A stretch of DNA of 64,000 nt from positions 62,001 through 126,000 of the forward strand of contig NW_026921444.1 of NCBI RefSeq assembly GCF_032062105.1, in the 5' to 3' direction. The translations under genes were made by a program, and so were the position numbers. Of this stretch, positions 57,765-64,000 are shown in pieces. Below the pieces are notes generated by a model. It was not told where the DNA came from, made no database searches, and saw only the letters and a program-made list of their open reading frames with translations. The DNA comes from Saccostrea cucullata. Its lineage: Eukaryota. Numbering within the stretch: position 1 is the stretch's first letter; the number at the start of each line of letters is the position of its first letter.

Positions 57765-59147
57765 ATGGATACAGGAGAGGAGTCAAGCACATGCGCCATT
57801 TGTTTTGATTCTTTTCTATGTCCTAAAATTCTCTCCTGCCGTCACACCTTCTGCAAGCCGTGTCTCGAGGATTATACAAAGAAAGTGGAGGTGGACGAAA
57901 TAGTCTGTCCGTTATGTCGACAAAAGCAGATATTGGACTGCCGGGGTTTGGATGGATTGATGGACAACTATTTTGTACCTTTGAGGGCACCGGAACTTCC
58001 GGTTATTCTTTGTTGTGATATTTGTTACGAGGAGGCAGAGGTCAACCAATGCTCACATTGTATTCTTAAGCTGTGCTATTCCTGCAAATCATCCCACAAC
58101 CTTGCACTGAAAATGTCGGGTGAAAAAGCTGGATCGGATTTAGATTCCGAGGCGTCCGAGGGGAGTGATTTATCAGAAGATGGCGGAATGATCTCGATAC
58201 GCTCTTTAGTGCAATCAGATCATTCATCAAGAACAAAATTAATTGCAGACTTTGTTTCTGCTTTTAAAGTACCATGTAATACTCTAAATGATCAGCCATC
58301 GATTTCATGCATTTTTCCTAAATCGGAAGAAACTTGCTTGGTTATTGTGGACCTCGGTCCGGAAATCATTGAATGCACGCTAAACGGAAGGCCGTTCACA
58401 AGTAAGTGTTTCAGTGAAGGGATTCGTGGAATAACTAAGTCCTTAGACAATAAAATTTTGTTTTCAAACGTGCATGAAGCAGCCATTTTTCAAATGGTTG
58501 ACGAAACTCGCATAAAAATCTTTGCAAAATGTTATGAATTTAGGCCTTCGTCCTTATCTGCATTCAAGGACGGAAGAATCGTTTCCGTTGGGTCTGAGAA
58601 TAACTTTCATCATATTGCTAAACGTTCGGAACACCACGGAGCATTGCAAATATATGACACTGATGGGAAATTGTTGAGAGAAATAGTGAAAGATGGGAGA
58701 GAACTTTTATTCAAACATCCTGTGAGCGTTTCAGTAAATCCTAAAAACGATACAATATGTACAGCAGATGCAAAACTGAACCAAGTACTTGTTATGACAG
58801 AAGAAGGATATGTAATTAGAAAGTACAAAGGGACAAATACCGGTAGTGATGATGGACATTTTGGAATACGACTAAGTATCGGCATCTTTATTCCTACGGC
58901 CCTGTGTCATGACGAGGAAGGAAATCTCGTGATAGCCAACGTTATTGACGGATCTCTGCATATTCTTCTTCCCAACGGAGATTTCTGTGGTTTTATAGCC
59001 ACAAGGAATAATAGAAATTTCGGGAATCCTAATAGTCTTTGTTTTGATAGCAAGAATAGGCTCTGGGTTGGTGACCATCGAAACGGAAAAGTAAAAATAT
59101 TTGAAATTCTGTCTTTTAGAAATAATTTAATCGGTTGTGAACACTAA
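57765..59147 (+). CDS. RING + B-box-like + acidic linker + NHL E3 ligase, paralog D (460 aa; closest to C)
   Basis: CAIC...CRHTFCKPC...CPLC; CDIC-x8-CSHC-x4-CYSC-x3-H; shares CPLCRQKQxLDCRGL and SSRTKLIADFV with paralog C; NHL repeats. Confidence 0.9.
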   Translation: MDTGEESSTCAICFDSFLCPKILSCRHTFCKPCLEDYTKKVEVDEIVCPLCRQKQILDCRGLDGLMDNYFVPLRAPELPVILCCDICYEEAEVNQCSHCILKLCYSCKSSHNLALKMSGEKAGSDLDSEASEGSDLSEDGGMISIRSLVQSDHSSRTKLIADFVSAFKVPCNTLNDQPSISCIFPKSEETCLVIVDLGPEIIECTLNGRPFTSKCFSEGIRGITKSLDNKILFSNVHEAAIFQMVDETRIKIFAKCYEFRPSSLSAFKDGRIVSVGSENNFHHIAKRSEHHGALQIYDTDGKLLREIVKDGRELLFKHPVSVSVNPKNDTICTADAKLNQVLVMTEEGYVIRKYKGTNTGSDDGHFGIRLSIGIFIPTALCHDEEGNLVIANVIDGSLHILLPNGDFCGFIATRNNRNFGNPNSLCFDSKNRLWVGDHRNGKVKIFEILSFRNNLIGCEH

Positions 59148-60749
59148 TGAACTTTTTGTATAAAAACTGAGAAAATTGAATATATTGTATTTTCAATTAC
59201 ATAATAAATTACGTCATGCATATTATTTTAAGAAAACATATAACTACAATGACCTGAATTTAATAACTTACATCGAAACAACTCACCACAGCACAATGTA
59301 GTGTACTTGATATCTTTTTATGTGTTTTCTTTACTTGAAATCAATTTTTTGTACATATTTTTATTGGAACTGTTAATAATTGTGATTGAATTTCATTGAG
59401 AAAAAAAGAAGACCTGAATTATAACTCTGTATCACCACACAGAGACTTAATATATTTAGTCAGTTTTTGTGTTTCCTTTATTGTTTTTTTTTTCTTATTT
59501 GAATTTTAAAAAATTAAAACATATTCCATAAATCTTTTTGTCTTCCTGTTTTCTGTTGTGTAATCCTATACTGCCGTAAAAGCATCATGTTTTATACGGT
59601 AACTATACTAGTAGTATTTCTAAATCCATGTCGAAGCAGTGGAACTTCGAAATTCATTAAGTTGGGGGAGCATGCTTCACAACATTTTTCAATGATTTTT
59701 GGGAGTTGAACTATGTTCAGTATCCCATGGCCATCACGCATTTAACATGCGCAGTAATTTGTGTTGATTATATAGAGCCGAAAGCGAGGCTACTGTGTCG
59801 ACCGATTTACTCCGATGATGGTCAACAGAAAACATGCATAAACATCCGCCACAAATAGTTTCTGTCATTTCCTCCTGAATTGATCTAATTTTCATAATTT
59901 GAAATGTAAGTAAATGTAATGATAAAGTAATTTTATTTTGAATATTAGATTTCGTTCAAAGTAAAACTAAATTATAAAGAACCTCAAAAGTTTTTCGTAA
60001 TGGAACTCTTTTTTAGTGTAGCGTCATACACTCAAAGAGATACGAACGACAACTGTACATACTGACGGCAAGCGGTAAATCTAGTCTTCCCAACGCCCGA
60101 CGGTCCCGGATTTTTAGCAATTTCTTTTTTACCGGTGCACAAAATTTATTCAAATTTTCAGGAACATTTTCTTGGTTTAAATGAATTCATTAATGCATAA
60201 AATCTTTAGTAAACATGCGTATTTATTACTAAATCAGCAGTATCACCTGCTAAAAGCGGTCAATCTAGTACTCTGTTATAAATGTTAAAACCAAAAACGG
60301 ACACCAATGTTTTCGTAAAATCGCGATTAAAAACAACAAAATGAAGTATATATATATTTTTTTTAGTAAAAGGAAAACCTCATTTACATACCAGATAATT
60401 TGTAAACACACAAACTCTTAGATATATACCACTGTTTTTATGTTTGGTCATTAAATATTTGTTTTTAACTTGGTACTGCTTTTTTCTTCACAGTATTAAA
60501 AAAGATTAAGTTCTGACGTACTCCATACATAATGTTCGTGTAATTGAAATACACTTGTATTCACAGAGAAGTTTTATATAACAAACCTGTTAGCTCTTAA
60601 AAGGATGCTGTGTGAAAATCCACATTTTATCAACATTGATATTATTCCTGCGAAACTGAAATGTTCATAACACATGGGTAAAGGTGCCAAGGAAAAATAT
60701 ATTACAAATTTGAAGACTGTGAGCAGTGAATTATATAAATGATCAACCG

Positions 60750-61065
60750 CCTCTAATATGAATATAATGGCAGTGTCCATGTTTTGCAATGGGAAACCCA
60801 AAATATGTGTAGGATATGAAAAAGTAATAGAAGGTGCACAACGGCAATATGTAATAAAAATTTTATGAACATTTCGTTCAGTGGTGTAAAAGGAGTTGCG
60901 GATAAGACAGTATCATGTTGTAAATTTTGCATTTACCCCTCCCCCCCCCCCCCCCCCAGTAAATTCAAAATTTACATGATAATACCTAAAGCGTAACAAA
61001 CAGATGGACGGAAATCCCGATTGATAAATACCCTCCCGCTTTTCAAGCAGGGGGTATAAAAAAAA
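60750..61065 (+). mobile_element. 3' remnant of a HINE-like element
   Basis: Degenerate satellite unit (gcaca...ggagttgcg), acagatggacgg, hairpin ataccctcccgcttttcaagcagggggtat plus A-run; inverted copy of the hairpin at 63193-63222. Confidence 0.55.
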
Positions 61066-61384
61066 GGACTAATGTCGGCAGACAAGCATTATGGCCCATG
61101 CATTTTTTTTGCTATTCAATGTCTCTGAATGTCTTTCTCAAGATTGTTGCAACTCAAAAAATCTGAAACAGTTGTCTGTATTTGAAATAATAATATTGTT
61201 CACTCACTTAACCTCCCGACCAAAGATTTTATTTTACACCATGTTCAACTCCCATGAGTGCTTTCAGTACTTTGATTTTTTAATGATATCAGGTTTTTTT
61301 TTCAATAAAAATAAACTAAACATCGTTTTCATGCGCATTGTAAGTTCTTAGATTATATCAATTAATCGAAATAGATATACGTTT

Positions 61385-61830
61385 TGACTTCAATTTTCTA
61401 TCGTAAACTTCCCTTTCCTTTACAGTAATATACCTTCATCACCTGCATATGCGGTTTATGTCTCTCAGTTGATTCAATAAGCAAAAACATGCCCTACCTT
61501 CGAATAGTTTCTAGAAAGGAGGCAAGCTATTTACAAACAATTTGATGAAACAGGAATATCAACAGTCTTGCTTTACGACATCATTTCGCAATGTTTTTGG
61601 TCGATACAATCGTCTTGTCAGCAAGTAAATCTTTCATTACTTGGAATACTGACTATTGTTTTCCAAATAAACTATTAGGTCACTGTTTACACATTTTTTT
61701 ATTTAATTGTTCGGTCATGACAAGGAACACGCAGTGCATGTCATCGATCAGTGGGAAATGATCAATCCTCCATCCTTTCTCTGATGTTTTTGGAGATCCG
61801 TGTTTGCAATGGACTTTGGACTTGAGTATT
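61385..61830 (+). pseudogene. Decayed Penelope-like retroelement RT C-terminal fragment plus 3' tail
   Basis: Translates with stops and frameshifts to DFNF-IVNFPFLYSNIPSSPAYAVYVSQLIQ*AKTC...MKQEYQQS...SFRNVFGRY. Related fragments lie at about 12790-12900 and 63385-63720 (minus) and 54595-54635. Confidence 0.7.
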
Positions 61831-64000
61831 GTTTGATATCTCTATGCAGGATATTTCACGATCTTTGATTCATTGTTACCTCTACTATCAAGATTATCCC
61901 CTACTAATGCAGTTTATGTCAGGTATGGAAAATATCGATGTCATCTTTTTGTTTTGTTTAAATATACATAATAGATGTAAAATGATTTTAAAAAATGTAT
62001 AAAACATTAATGGATGCCGAAATCACTGATCATATAGTGCTGAACAACAGCACTCCAACATGACAAGAAAGTCTTCCAAAAAGCTATGCCTCTTGAAGTT
62101 ATTTGATTTTATAATATTGAAAAACTGTTGTTTCTTAGTTTTACTTCTTTAAACATATTTTCAAAATTAAATCAGATTGCAACATTCAAGTAACATTAGT
62201 ATGTACAACAATACAAATTTGTAAAAAGATCCCGAAATGATTTCCAAAATGTTTTTATTTTTGGTATCTTCAATTTTTACTTAGGATTAAGTAAAAATTC
62301 TGTTTAATGATATATTAGAGACAAAAACCTTGAAACAAGTTATTATTGTTAAAAAAAGAAAAGGACATTTAATAGTCATCATAATAATAGCTAAGAAGAA
62401 AAATATTCACTTCTTTTCTGTTGGCTCTTTACTCTACATAAGTACATTTCATATCCATATATGCTAAAGATAAATATATCTATTTTCCTAAATGGTTATT
62501 AGTATTAAGCATTTTAAAATTAGTACATAACTGCACATTTCTAAATTTTATTTGAAAACACTCACTTTTTGGTTAATATGATTTCTTCTCTTCTGTACGG
62601 AAATCTGAATATCAATATTAATATACGGTGACCAGGATGCGTGGTTGTAAAAAAAAAATTGCAGGAAAAATTCTCAGTTAAGTGTTCGATGGCTTGTATG
62701 TTATATGATTCTCAATTATGTATTTATTAAAATGAAATATATTTTAATTTTTTTTTATAGAAGTTATATTTGAGATAATGACCCAACACGTACTGTTCTG
62801 ATGGGCAGATAACTCTTCGTATAACAAATATTGACAATGGTTTTAAAATAGATGTAGATTTCCGCGTTAGAAATCGAAAGTAAACAAAAAGTGCTTTTAA
62901 CATGGGACTGATGCTTCTCTGTAAGTCTTTTGTAGTATTTTGAGTACTTTTTATCATAACATTTCGCCAATAGATTCTGTTGTAGGTACGGTATTAAACA
63001 TTTGTATATAATTATACCGAAACATGAAAGTGATAAACCAGTTTTATAATTATTTTTTGTTGATAATTGTTATCCCCTATATATAGAAATTGTGTATGCA
63101 CGGTACTTGTTTTCAGGTTGAACAATCTAATTAAAATTAGATCTTTGATCTGCTCTTCCAGCAATCTAACAGGAGCGGATCAAAGATCTAAATATACCCC
63201 CGCTTGAAAAGCGGGAGGGTATATTTTTAATAGGTTTGCAGATTGTATTCTGATTCAGATGAGAAAAAAAATGTTTTACATCAAATTTGCATTCTTTGGA
63301 TGAAAAAAAAAAGATAAAGATAACGAAAAGTGACCAATCAAAAAGAAATCTATAAACTACATGTATAAATGTGTGAAAAGGGCATAAAACAGAGACCGCG
63401 GGTTATTCCAGAGGTGGGATCAGGTGCCTAAAAGGAGTAATCTTCTTTGGTGTCCGTCACACCCATCGTGAGTCCTATGCATGTGTTGATCCCGTGAACG
63501 GAACATTCTGTAGTCACATTTTAAATTGGAATTAACACAATGGCCGAATAGTATGGCACAAGTCGGCTTAAATGCAACCATATCATTGGTTACATTTCAG
63601 TGCTCTGAGTCTCAAAGTCAGAGGATTAATTTTACGAAATAGCCGACTTTAATCGAGGTTGTTGAAATCCACAGTTTAAAAGTTGATAGCACTCGGGGCA
63701 TGTTTATGAGTTACGAAACATTTGGGAAATGTAAACACAATATATGCAGATAGTTAATAGATACTGTATTATCATTATAATATACATGAAAATAAGTTGG
63801 GGTGGGGTGGAAAAGTTTGTCAACTTGTTTATCATACAATTTAGTCGTTAGATGATCCTCATACTAATAGTCCGACTCTATATTCAGTAAAAAATCCAAA
63901 AATATATTAGGCAGATGTGACAAATTCTGTGGTGTCTTCTTTTTTGAGTTCACAGGAATATTATCAATCGACATATAAAATAATTAACCATTGGTAATAC

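Noticed and set aside
44280-59078. Numerous 60-130 aa antisense/alternate-frame ORFs over the ligase genes (likewise over the GPCR)
   Set aside because: Shadow ORFs of real coding sequence with no recognisable motifs

Overview
Eukaryotic, AT-rich, intron-containing genomic DNA. The repeat content (166-bp Cg170-like satellite inside Helentron-type elements, a bivalve-type SINE, Penelope-like fragments) points to an oyster (Ostreidae) or related bivalve. Genes: (1) the first six coding exons of a DPP7/DPP2 serine peptidase (family S28) on the minus strand (39715 to 7369, continuing beyond the left edge); (2) a class A GPCR resembling GPR21/GPR52, nested on the SAME strand in the 18.6-kb DPP7 intron 2, with two uORFs just before its ATG; (3) a complete 6-exon AGPAT1/2-type acyltransferase (275 aa), head-to-head with DPP7; (4) a cluster of four paralogous single-coding-exon RING + B-box-like + acidic linker + NHL beta-propeller E3 ligases. 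These four have no obvious coiled coil and carry hypervariable propeller loops. The first two share a compact divergent promoter with adjacent IRF-type and NF-kB sites. This cluster is the best candidate for an undescribed system: a pathogen-inducible, diversifying family of coil-less TRIM-like ligases. The gene neighbourhood also resembles the vertebrate MHC paralogon (9q33-34 and paralogous regions). The rest is Helentron/HINE satellite arrays, MITEs (PIF/Harbinger, IS3EU-like, TA-type), palindromes, and a garbled stretch (about 6.0-9.8 kb) that may be an assembly artefact. All assignments are by manual reading; no database searches were run.
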